Source: an uncultured Planctomycetaceae bacterium (GTDB taxonomy: Bacteria > Planctomycetota > Planctomycetia > Planctomycetales > Planctomycetaceae). From it: DNA of 64,000 nt. This document shows positions 55,847 through 64,000 of this stretch, one piece after another; position 1 is the stretch's first letter, and each line of letters starts with the position of its first letter. The stretch lies in assembly GCA_963844315.1 (NCBI GenBank), contig CAWJOC010000035.1:33152-97151 (forward strand). Direction: 5' to 3'. Position numbers and translations under genes: made by a program. The notes beneath the pieces are model-generated. The model did not search any database, was not told where the DNA came from, and worked only from the letters and a program-made list of their open reading frames with translations.

Positions 55847-57332
55847 TTCGCATCCGCGTAAAGAACAAACGGAAAGAGTTCAGGCCATTGGCTTGGGGTT
55901 GGGAGCGGCAGGAAAAATTCACGCTCACCACTTGGACCGGTTGGCCTTCGTCTATATCCGGCAGTCCTCCCCACAACAAGTGCTGGAGAATCGTGAATCC
56001 CGCGAACGCCAATACGCCTTGGCCGGTTTGGCCGAGCGGTTAGGTTGGCCAGCGGATCGGGTGGTGATGATCGATGACGATCAAGGGAAAAGTGGAAAGA
56101 CGGCAGTCAATCGGCTGGGCTTTCAGCGATTGATGACCGAAGTTTCCTTAAATCATGTGGGAATCGTTTTGGGATTGGAACTCAGCCGTCTGGCAAGGTC
56201 GAATAAAGACTGGCATCAGTTGATCGATGTGTGCGGCGTGTTCCAGACATTATTATGTGATGAGGATGCGATCTATGATCCTCTCGATAGTAATGACCGA
56301 CTTTTACTCGGCATGCGGGGGGCCATGAGCGAGTACGAATTGGTGACTTTGCGGAATCGCTTGCTCCGCGGCAGTCGGAACAAAGCCGAACGCGGCGAGT
56401 TGTTTTATTTGGTCCCAATGGGCTATCTCAAACTTCCCACGGGCGAAGTCATTCAAGACCCCGATGAGCAAGCCCGCGGGATGGTGCAGCTTGTGTTTGA
56501 TAAGTTTCAAGAGCTCGGCACCGGCTATGCCGTGTCTCGGTACTTGATCGAGCATGATCTTCCGTTGGGATACCGTTTGCAACGGGGAGCCCGCCGAGGC
56601 GAACTGGAGTGGCGCCCTGCCATTCCCAGTCGAGTATTTGCCATTCTCAAGCACCCGTTTTATGCGGGAGCGTATGCCTATGGCATGCATCGTAGCGGAA
56701 CGATGAATCCTTTTACGGGCAAGACCGAAGGCGGGACCGGCCTCTTGCCACCCGAAGAGTTCGACATTCTGATTCCCGATCGGCTGCCCGCTTACATTGG
56801 CTGGGATCAATACTTGGCCAACCGGAATCAGCTCAAGCAGAATCGATCATTGAAAGACTCTCGCGGGGTTCCCCGACGGGGTGAGGCGTTATTAACCGGC
56901 TTGATTGTCTGCGGCAAATGCGGTCACTGCATGGCGACCAAACATCGCGAACGCCAGCAGGTTCTCTACAATTGCGACCAGTATTGGCACCAGGCGATGC
57001 AGGAGAATTGTGGGGGTGTCAATTCGCGTCCGGTGGATGAACTCGTGACCCGGCAAGTTCTCCTGGCTTTGGAACCGGCTTCGTTGGCGCTGAGTCTCGA
57101 AGCCGCGACGAACGTGGAACAAGAACGGGCACGTTTGCACGAGCAATGGCAGAAGAAGCGGGAGCACACCGCCAAGACGTCGAGCGAGCGGAGCGACAAT
57201 ACCAAGCGGTGGAACCCGAGAACCGGCTGGTGGCCCGCACACTCGAAACGCGATGGGAAGCCGCGCTCTGCCAGCAACGCGAAGTGGAAGAAGACTATCA
57301 TCGCTTTGCCGCCAAGCTTCCCAAAACGTTAA
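55833..57332 (+). CDS. large serine recombinase, N-terminal fragment (frameshift near 57160)
   Basis: AFVYIRQSSPQQV (catalytic Ser), LELSRLARS, recombinase domain, zinc ribbon CGKCGHCM..YNC. Confidence 0.85.
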   Translation: MSGRDSHPRKEQTERVQAIGLGLGAAGKIHAHHLDRLAFVYIRQSSPQQVLENRESRERQYALAGLAERLGWPADRVVMIDDDQGKSGKTAVNRLGFQRLMTEVSLNHVGIVLGLELSRLARSNKDWHQLIDVCGVFQTLLCDEDAIYDPLDSNDRLLLGMRGAMSEYELVTLRNRLLRGSRNKAERGELFYLVPMGYLKLPTGEVIQDPDEQARGMVQLVFDKFQELGTGYAVSRYLIEHDLPLGYRLQRGARRGELEWRPAIPSRVFAILKHPFYAGAYAYGMHRSGTMNPFTGKTEGGTGLLPPEEFDILIPDRLPAYIGWDQYLANRNQLKQNRSLKDSRGVPRRGEALLTGLIVCGKCGHCMATKHRERQQVLYNCDQYWHQAMQENCGGVNSRPVDELVTRQVLLALEPASLALSLEAATNVEQERARLHEQWQKKREHTAKTSSERSDNTKRWNPRTGWWPAHSKRDGKPRSASNAKWKKTIIALPPSFPKR

Positions 57333-57997
57333 GCGATGCCGAGCGAGAACGCCTTCTCAATCTGTCAGACGTCGCGGCACTTTGGACGGCGAATGACACC
57401 ACGATGGCCGACCGCAAACAGATCGTGCGTTGCCTTGTCGAAAAGGTGGTTGTCATCCCTGACAAATGCAGCGAACGGATCGATGTCACGATTGTGTGGC
57501 AGGGAGGCTGCTCAAGCCAACATCAGATCGTTCGCGCCGTTCATGGTTATGAACAACTCAAAGATTATGAGAAACTCGTCCAACGGATTACGGAACTTCA
57601 CGCTCAAGGCGTTCTGATTCCCGCCATCGCCGAGACGCTGAATGCGGAGGGCTTTGTGCCGCCAAGGCGTCAGGGGAAATACACGCTCAACAATTTGCCC
57701 GGTCTGATGAGGAAGCTGGGATTGGTGGGAGAATTGTTTCGCGACACGTTGCTCAAAAGCGATGAATGGTGGCTGGCCGACTTGGCCCGCAAGCTGGACG
57801 TCAGGAATCAGAAAGTCCAGTACTGGGCGAGCCAAGGCTGGGTGCATTCCCGCCGCACGCCCAGCGGCAAGTATTACATCCTCTGGGCGGACGCGGAGGA
57901 ACTGCGTCGCCTTCGCAAGCTGAAGACCAAGAAAAACTCCTACTTGGCCGCCAAATATCCCGACTTGGTCACCCCCAAGCCACGCCCGACCGAATAA
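57146..57997 (+). CDS. large serine recombinase, C-terminal fragment
   Basis: ERAERQYQAVEPENRLVARTLETRWEAAL coiled-coil motif typical of large serine recombinases. Followed by the palindrome CCGCTTTGA-CGT-TCAAAGCGG (58008..58028). Confidence 0.8.
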   Translation: MAEEAGAHRQDVERAERQYQAVEPENRLVARTLETRWEAALCQQREVEEDYHRFAAKLPKTLSDAERERLLNLSDVAALWTANDTTMADRKQIVRCLVEKVVVIPDKCSERIDVTIVWQGGCSSQHQIVRAVHGYEQLKDYEKLVQRITELHAQGVLIPAIAETLNAEGFVPPRRQGKYTLNNLPGLMRKLGLVGELFRDTLLKSDEWWLADLARKLDVRNQKVQYWASQGWVHSRRTPSGKYYILWADAEELRRLRKLKTKKNSYLAAKYPDLVTPKPRPTE

Positions 57998-58084
57998 GAG
58001 AAACCCACCGCTTTGACGTTCAAAGCGGCTTGAGATCGAACTTTTGGTTTGCCCTGGAAAAGAGGGGATTCTGATGCCAACTTC

Positions 58085-58240
58085 AAGCGTCTTTCCAGCG
58101 GGCGATTCGGATGGTGGCCTTCCGCGGGTGATGACGTGAGCACTAAACGGCTGGCAGCGCACCAATTGGCGGTCCTGTTCTCGGCGGGCAATCCCGAGCG
58201 CACAGGGGCCGCGCCTGATTGGCGTCCGGTGACGCCTTAA
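58085..58240 (+). pseudogene. tnpB: IS66 TnpB, 3' portion
   Basis: KRLSSGRFGWWPSAGDDVSTKRLAAHQLAVLFSAGNPE...DWRPV matches the TnpB C-terminus. Confidence 0.75.
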
Positions 58241-58728
58241 GACGATTCGCTCTCGAAGCCGCCTGCGCTTGCCTGAGCGCGAGAATTTGGCATACTCATT
58301 TCCGAGAGCGAACGGAACGTGCCCGCTCCTATCCGCGTGCTAAGGAAGAGCCGATCATGCGGGGCCGAACACCGGAGATTCTCGACGTGGACCCCCAACG
58401 ATTTGAGGACGTTGCACCGGGCCAAGGCCGCGCTCGATCCTCACGATGCCGAGCTGATTGAGAAGGTCTTCGATTCTTATCGATACCTCGCGGATGTGAT
58501 TGGCGAGAAGTCGATGTCGATCGGTCGGCTTCAGAAACTTCTCTTCGGGGCCAAGACGGAAAAGACCGACCAGGTCGTGGGGAAGTCCGACTCGCCTGCA
58601 TCCACTTTGGAACAGGAATCGACGAAGGACGCCGAGGAAACCGAGAGAAACGAGGCGGACAAAAAGCCTCCGCCGAAGGGGCATGGCCGAAACGCGGCGG
58701 AGGCCTATCGGGCGCCGAACGCATCGCC

Positions 58729-59832
58729 GTGCCCCAGGGATCGCTTCACACGGGCGACCCCTGCCCGGAGTGCGGCAAGGGCACGCTGTATGAGAAGCGG
58801 CCTGCCGTGGTGGTGCGGATCACGGGGCAAGCTCCGCTTTGCGCTAAAAAGTACGAACTGCAAAGGCTCCGTTGCGGCCTGTGCGGCAAAGTGTTCACGG
58901 CCGACCTTCCCAACGAGGCCGGCCAGCGAAAATACGACGCCAAAGCGGGTGCGATGATTGGGCTGTTAAAGTATGGATGCGGGCTGCCGTTCAACCGCAT
59001 GGATGGCCTGCAGGGGAACCTGGAGATTCCTCTGCCGGCCTCGACTCAGTGGGATGTGGTGTCGTCGTTTGCCCCCGCGCTCCAACCGGCGTTCGACGAA
59101 TTCCTTCGGCAAGCCGCTCAAGGAGATGTGGTCTATCACGATGACACGACGGTCAAAATCCTTGCGCTGATGGGCGAGGGCCGTCAGACGTTTGAGGACG
59201 ATCCGGACCGCAAGGGACTCTTTACGTCCGGCGTCGTCGCCACCGGCGATGGCCATCGGATCGCGCTGTTTTTCAGCTCGCCTCGGCACGCGGGTGAAAA
59301 CCTGGTGGAGGTACTCAAGCGCCGCAGCGCCCAACTCGATCCGCCGATCCAAATGTGCGATGCCTTGTCGCGGAACATGCCCCAGGAATTAAAGACGATC
59401 ATCGCCAATTGCCTGGCGCATGCCCGCAGGCAGTTCGTGGATGTCCATGACCGGTTTCCCGAGGAATGTCGCACCGTGCTCGAAGCCCTGAAGGTGGTGT
59501 ATCACAACGATGCCATCGCCCGCGACAAGGGCATGTCACCCGAAGAGCGTTTGGCGTTTCATCAAGCCCAAAGCCAACAGGCGATGATGGATCTCCAGGC
59601 TTGGCTCACCAGGCAATTCGACGAGAAACTCGTGGAGCCGAACTCTGCCTTGGGCACCGCGATCAATTATCTGAAAAAGCACTGGGACAAGCTGACGCTG
59701 TTTCTGCGAAAAGCCGGAGCGCCGCTGGACAATAACTTGTGCGAGAGGCGCTCAAAAAAGCGATCCTCCACCGCAAGAACTCGCTGTTCTTCAAAACGCC
59801 AAACGGAGCCCGCGTCGGCGATTTGTACATGA
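58729..59832 (+). CDS. tnpC: IS66-family transposase TnpC, main fragment (whole gene 58357..59984 with about 3 frameshifts)
   Basis: CPECGKGTLYE..LRCGLCGKVF zinc motif, DDTTVKIL, MCDALSRN, HARRQF. The N-terminus (MRGRTPEILDVD / LLFGAKTEK) and C-terminus (ALKKAILHRKNSLFFKTPNGA) lie in other frames. Confidence 0.85.
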   Translation: MPQGSLHTGDPCPECGKGTLYEKRPAVVVRITGQAPLCAKKYELQRLRCGLCGKVFTADLPNEAGQRKYDAKAGAMIGLLKYGCGLPFNRMDGLQGNLEIPLPASTQWDVVSSFAPALQPAFDEFLRQAAQGDVVYHDDTTVKILALMGEGRQTFEDDPDRKGLFTSGVVATGDGHRIALFFSSPRHAGENLVEVLKRRSAQLDPPIQMCDALSRNMPQELKTIIANCLAHARRQFVDVHDRFPEECRTVLEALKVVYHNDAIARDKGMSPEERLAFHQAQSQQAMMDLQAWLTRQFDEKLVEPNSALGTAINYLKKHWDKLTLFLRKAGAPLDNNLCERRSKKRSSTARTRCSSKRQTEPASAICT

Positions 59833-60056
59833 GCCTGATCCACACCTGCGAATTGAACCAGGTGAACCCGTTCGACTATCTGACCGAACTGATGAGCCAC
59901 CCCGAAGAGGTCGCGGCGCATCCCGAACGCTTCCTGCCCTGGAACTACCGCCAGACGCTCGCGGAACTCGGCACTTCTGCCTGATCTCCCGCTATTCCTG
60001 GCTGTCCCCTCAAAAAACCCCGCCGAAAATATTTCGCACGCTTGCCGAAGGGACAC

Positions 60057-60064
60057 TTTACACC
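60057..60064. repeat. 8-bp target-site duplication TTTACACC (right)
   Basis: Matches 54844..54851. Confidence 0.85.
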
Positions 60065-60130
60065 GGCGGTGGGCTCCTCGCCATAGCTTTGTCGGCGGCA
60101 GGCGATGCGGTTGTATTGTGCGATCGCTAG
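60065..60130 (+). pseudogene. 3' part of the small membrane-protein gene split by IS66
   Basis: GGGLLAIALSAAGDAVVLCDR stop. In frame with 54699..54851 once the IS and one TSD copy are removed. Confidence 0.6.
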
Positions 60131-60280
60131 GACCGAGGACGCCCATCGGCCGGCGAACTAAGCGTTGGAACCGACGGCAGCCGCAATCCTAGTTCCTCGT
60201 GACATCATGGGCCCACGGGCGGAACCCCATAGGACTATTCTTCGTTGGGTATCCACGGGAGCAGAATCCGCGTTGAAGAC

Positions 60281-60703
60281 TCACCGCCGTGATGCACCGT
60301 TTCCCATGTGCCATTTGCCGACAAACGCGGTGCGGTAACCGTTTTTTTGAAGTGCTTGGGGAAACGTCTTGAGCCGATGGCTCAGTTCGCTGCGATTCAT
60401 GTTGTCGAGAATCCCGTGATGATGCGTATGGAGCCCCGTCAAAATCGAGGCCCGGCTGGGAGAACAGAGCGGCGTCGTTGCAAAGGCATTGCGAAACCTC
60501 GCTCCCTCATGAGCAATCCGGTCGATGTTAGGCGTTTTGACAAAGGGATGCCCGGCACAAGCAATATCATCAAAACGCAAATCGTCCACCAGGACGACAA
60601 CCAAGTTTGGTGATTCCTTCGGCTCACTTCCGAGGACGATTGCGGGACAAGCCAACAGAACCCACACAATGCTCGGCAGGAATCTCGGTAAAAGCCCTGG
60701 CAT
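60281..60703 (-). pseudogene. sulfatase, N-terminal third only
   Basis: Signal peptide, NLVVVLVDDLRFDD, CSPSRASILTGL, GKWHMGN, then stop. No sulfatase C-terminal region appears in any frame downstream. Confidence 0.7.
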
Positions 60704-60828
60704 GATAACACCTCTGGCAAAGTTGGCTGATTGCTGACACGGCCTTCCCGGCTTGGGTAGGATCCCCTCCCCGACAATTCCCGAATCCATGAACATCCCT
60801 CTCAGTAGCCCTTGCTTGATGTGGCTTG

Positions 60829-61275
60829 TCACTTCTGAATTTGGTTATCGGTTTCCACTTGATCCACCACAGCCCTCGGTAGGAGCAGTTCCTTGGCACT
60901 TCGGGCCAATGCGGGCGGGACGGTCATCAATAGCCTTTGTCCGGCCGAGTTCTCGAACTTCCAGCTTTTGCCGTGCTGTCCTTCGGGCACGGCGATGCGA
61001 AAATAAGCGGGTTTCTCCCCGAATGTGTCTATGGTCCTGCCATCGCCGTCGAGCAGCTTACCCGGCCCTGTGGCAAAGCCACCGACAATTTCGGTGCCTT
61101 TCGGAACATAGAAGTAGAGACTCCATCGGCCAGCGGTTCTTGATTCCTTTGGCAAGGAACTGCTCCAGCTCATGTTGAGAGAACGGCTCACTGGATTTCC
61201 AGGGGTTGTCCTTTTCCGGGACGTTCCAGGCCGCGTCTTTCGGGATGGAAACCTGTTTGTCGCGAGCGGCCACAT
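60829..61275 (-). CDS. DUF4838-like protein, C-terminal fragment
   Basis: Protein-like from about 61140 downstream (YFYVPKGTEIVGGFATGPGKLLDGDG...). Confidence 0.55.
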   Translation of the reverse strand: MWPLATNRFPSRKTRPGTSRKRTTPGNPVSRSLNMSWSSSLPKESRTAGRWSLYFYVPKGTEIVGGFATGPGKLLDGDGRTIDTFGEKPAYFRIAVPEGQHGKSWKFENSAGQRLLMTVPPALARSAKELLLPRAVVDQVETDNQIQK

Positions 61276-62917
61276 CCCGGTAGAGTGCCTTGGCGTGAAC
61301 CATCATCGCCCCCCGCATTCGATAAACATGCCGAATGACCTTTTCAAAATTCGCCTGCCGAAGTTCGCCCGGGGCATGGGCATAATCGAACCATAACTCC
61401 ACGTATCTCGTATAGAGCACCAGATCTTCCAATCGTTTTTGTACGGCCAAGTCATTGGTCAAGGAACGCGCCTCAGAAAGCCGTCGATATATTTGGCCGA
61501 TCAAGTGGTCGCTCAAGAGCGGTTCATTGGCCCCGTCGATCAAGCGATAGAACTCGGCCATGGGTTTCTTGGCCGGCCCGAAGGACTTTTCGAGAAAATC
61601 CTCAATGAGTGCTTCGGACTTTTCCGCCTCATCGGTGTCCCAGAGAATGCGGGCGGCCAGGTAATACCCCAAGCCGTTCGGTCCCCAGTTGTCGCTGGAC
61701 TCTGACGAGAAGAATCTCGCCCCATTTTCGTGAAAGTGCGGCATGTTTTCGCGGACGTAAGTCAGATTGGAGCCGCGGGACTGGCCCGGCAGGTCACGGT
61801 CCCAGGTGTTGACGCTGAAATACTCCCTGACGCCCAGCGTGGCCCCCTTTTGATGCCAGCCCTCCATCAGTTCATCCACTGAGTAGCCGCCACGGATAAA
61901 CGCCGTCGCCACGCTGATGATCACCTGCGGATGCACACGCAGATTCGGCGGCGGGGAATGGCCACTGTAAGCATACATCCCCACGTACTTGCCGGGGTGC
62001 TGCTTGTTGATGGCCTTGGCCACTTCGTTGGCGAGCGTCAGAGCTTGATCGCTAATACTGCCCATCGCCTGGCACTTGTCGCATTCACACCAACCCAACC
62101 CATCACTGGGATCGACGGACACGGAATCCTGCTCGGGGTTCTTCGCCAGTTGAGCCAGGGCATCTCGGATGACCAGTTCCCGGAGGCCAGGATTTGAGAT
62201 GCAGAGCTTAGTCGATTTCCGCTCTCCATTCACCAGCCCCAAGTATTCCGGATGGGCCTCGAAGGCGGCTTTGTTTCGGCTGATGATGCCATCGTAGGCA
62301 TGCCCGGTGTTCAAGGTGATGCCGCTGGTGGCGCGGTTCTTGGCGCACCAGTCCTGATAGGGTTTCTCGGCATAATCCCACGGCCCAAACCCGTACCAAA
62401 TCCGGCGCGTGAAGTAGTCGGGATGCTCATGCACATCGACGGCGATGGACAACGTGGGCTTGTTCGGAATCACTTCCCAATGCTCGCCGGGGAAGAACTG
62501 CCGATAGCCCAGCCGATAAAGCAAGTCCCAAACCGCGTGCTCGACGGCCAGGTCAGTGGTCCCGATGACATCCAACCCTTGGGCGTGAGACTTGAGCCAG
62601 TAATCTTCGCGCCGGGTGGGATCATCCTGCTCACCCATCTCAGGTCTCAAGTGCGGAAAATCCGCCAATCGTCCTACCCGAATCCCTTTTGCGTTCACGC
62701 CCGAGACGATCGAGAACTTCGCCCCGCTCATTTTCTCCAGGTAGGATGCCAACGTCTCCGCCGCCGAACGAACCCGGTCCGAGGCGGAAGCGGAGACGAT
62801 CACAGGCAAAGGATCACGTCCGGCGGCGATAATCGTCACTGGCTCGCCCTCTGCCGCGGTGGCCGAGATGGAAGCGAATAAGGTGCAAAGCACGATGGCA
62901 ACAAGTCGCATGGGCAT
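61058..62917 (-). CDS. DUF4838-family (GH20-related) secreted protein, main fragment (frameshift near 61140)
   Basis: Signal peptide. VEHAVWDLLYRLGYRQFFPG, NTGHAYDG, CISNPG, DPSDGLGWCECDKC fit the DUF4838 pattern. Confidence 0.75.
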   Translation of the reverse strand: MPMRLVAIVLCTLFASISATAAEGEPVTIIAAGRDPLPVIVSASASDRVRSAAETLASYLEKMSGAKFSIVSGVNAKGIRVGRLADFPHLRPEMGEQDDPTRREDYWLKSHAQGLDVIGTTDLAVEHAVWDLLYRLGYRQFFPGEHWEVIPNKPTLSIAVDVHEHPDYFTRRIWYGFGPWDYAEKPYQDWCAKNRATSGITLNTGHAYDGIISRNKAAFEAHPEYLGLVNGERKSTKLCISNPGLRELVIRDALAQLAKNPEQDSVSVDPSDGLGWCECDKCQAMGSISDQALTLANEVAKAINKQHPGKYVGMYAYSGHSPPPNLRVHPQVIISVATAFIRGGYSVDELMEGWHQKGATLGVREYFSVNTWDRDLPGQSRGSNLTYVRENMPHFHENGARFFSSESSDNWGPNGLGYYLAARILWDTDEAEKSEALIEDFLEKSFGPAKKPMAEFYRLIDGANEPLLSDHLIGQIYRRLSEARSLTNDLAVQKRLEDLVLYTRYVELWFDYAHAPGELRQANFEKVIRHVYRMRGAMMVHAKALYRDVAARDKQVSIPKDAAWNVPEKDNPWKSSEPFSQHELEQFLAKGIKNRWPMESLLLCSERHRNCRWLCHRAG

Positions 62918-63173
62918 GGTGGTCCTGCCTCAAGAAAAGACAATGGGAAATGACCTCCACCAAGATACGCCTTCCCTGCCAGACGATCCAGTTCACACTC
63001 AGATTCGAGGCAGGTGCCGATGGGCAACATCCGGACCATGATTGGATGTCAGTACCGTTGGCAGCCAGCGCGCTCGTGGTCCTCACGGGGGATTCGTTCG
63101 TCGCGATTGACGTGCAAATAGGGCTTTTGTGAAAATGGCGCAGGCGATTGCCAGTCTATCGGAGGATGAGTTG

Positions 63174-64000
63174 ATGATTGATTTCTTCGGATCCCGTCAC
63201 CGCCCTGGCAGCTCCCTCGGGCGACGGGAATTCTTGAAAATTGGCTCGACCGCGACTTTGGGCCTTGGACTTGATCATTGGATGAGTCTCAAGCAAGCAA
63301 AGGCCAACCCGACTGTCAAAGGCAACCACTTTGGCCGGGCGAAGTCGTGCATCCTTCTCTATCTTTATGGTGCACACCCCCAGCATGAGACGTTCGATCC
63401 CAAGCCCGACGCTCCCTTCGAGGTGCAGGGAGAACTGAAAGCGACGCCCACGAACGTGCCGGGCGTTTTTTTCGGTGAAGGCTTACCGAAGACCGCGCAA
63501 GTGATGGACCGTGTGACCGTGGTCCGATCCATGACGCACCAGTATCCGCTCCACTGCTTCGCGTATGCTGTCACCGCGATGCCGACGTATGACACGAGCT
63601 TTGAATTTGCGCCGAGGCATCCACAGGCTTGGCCTTATGTGGGTTCGGTTGTCGATTTTGTTGAAGCCCAAATCGAGAAAACTTCACCACAGATTCCCAG
63701 GAACATCGGGCTGCCGTGGATATCGGGTTCCAAGTGCGATCACGGCCCCTTGGGCGGTCCCTATGCGGCGTTTTTGGGAAGTGAATACGATCCGCTTTGG
63801 ACGGACTTCATCGGGAAAGGGACGCGGGTTGTTCCTAAACTGTCGAGTGGCCAAACCAAAGCGGTGTATGACCCTTGGGGCGGCTGCGAGAAGACCGGCA
63901 GGTTTCAGCTTTCTCCCTCGTGCGAACTTCCGGAAACCGTGACGCTTAACCGCTTGAACCTCAGGCGGGAACTGCTCTCACAATTCGATGCCATTCGCTC
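63174..64000 (+). CDS. DUF1501-family (sulfatase-like, Tat-signal) protein; 3' end beyond the window
   Basis: Absent from the ORF track because it runs off the edge. GGAGGA upstream. MIDFFGSRHR..GRREFLKIGSTATLGL (Tat-like), KSCILLYLYGAHPQHETFDPKP, VVRSMTH: DUF1501 hallmarks. Confidence 0.8.
   Translation, partial: MIDFFGSRHRPGSSLGRREFLKIGSTATLGLGLDHWMSLKQAKANPTVKGNHFGRAKSCILLYLYGAHPQHETFDPKPDAPFEVQGELKATPTNVPGVFFGEGLPKTAQVMDRVTVVRSMTHQYPLHCFAYAVTAMPTYDTSFEFAPRHPQAWPYVGSVVDFVEAQIEKTSPQIPRNIGLPWISGSKCDHGPLGGPYAAFLGSEYDPLWTDFIGKGTRVVPKLSSGQTKAVYDPWGGCEKTGRFQLSPSCELPETVTLNRLNLRRELLSQFDAIR

Larger units (their letters stand above)
55525..58087 (+). mobile_element. serine-recombinase-bearing insertion inside IS66 tnpB
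   Basis: Removing this segment restores ..GFWLCQK|RLSSGRFGWWPS.., the conserved TnpB sequence. AAG is present at both junctions. Cargo is one small ORF plus a large serine recombinase. Confidence 0.75.
54852..60056 (+). mobile_element. IS66-family element carrying a nested 2.56-kb insertion
   Basis: Termini GTGTCCCTTCGGTAAGCGTGC and, reverse-complemented, GTGTCCCTTCGGCAAGCGTGC contain the IS66 hallmark GTAAGCG. tnpA-tnpB-tnpC gene order. 8-bp TSD. Confidence 0.9.

Noticed and set aside
1-64000. CRISPR array
   Set aside because: No series of regularly spaced identical direct repeats of 24-40 bp is present. All repeats found are irregular and linked to IS, tRNA or cassette junctions.

Overview
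A 64-kb chromosomal segment that looks Planctomycetota/PVC-like. That placement is an inference from gene content: secreted sulfatases with CxPxR motifs, DUF1501, DUF4838, a PVC-type dehydrogenase/heme CxxCH protein, and FG-GAP and Kelch proteins. Layout: (1) 0-3 kb is a minus-strand operon that includes an SRAP/YedK-type gene with a GTG start. (2) 3.4-6.2 kb holds an arrestin-like gene and an intact IS1380-family IS. (3) 6.4-19 kb holds envelope and glycan genes, many split by frameshifts or in-frame stops. (4) 19.4-22.5 kb holds tRNA-Glu, a decayed second IS1380-family copy with a partial tandem duplication, and a dense array of canonical and defective tRNA-like genes. (5) 24-36.5 kb holds dinB, four intact sulfatases, one broken sulfatase and a GH32 gene. 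(6) 40.2-54.6 kb is an accessory island of plus-strand, immunity-like or unknown cassettes (two SMI1/KNR4, ankyrin, lipoprotein). They are mixed with gene fragments (capsid, transposase, P5C dehydrogenase, LRR, kinase) and at least three families of short repeats at cassette junctions. (7) 54.85-60.06 kb is an IS66-family element with a perfect 8-bp target duplication. It splits a small membrane ORF and is itself split by a 2.6-kb insertion carrying a large serine recombinase. (8) 60.3-64 kb holds a truncated sulfatase, DUF4838 and DUF1501. I found no CRISPR array, rRNA or known defence system. The most unusual parts are the repeat-punctuated cassette island and the defective tRNA array. All family calls come from motifs read by eye, not from database searches.
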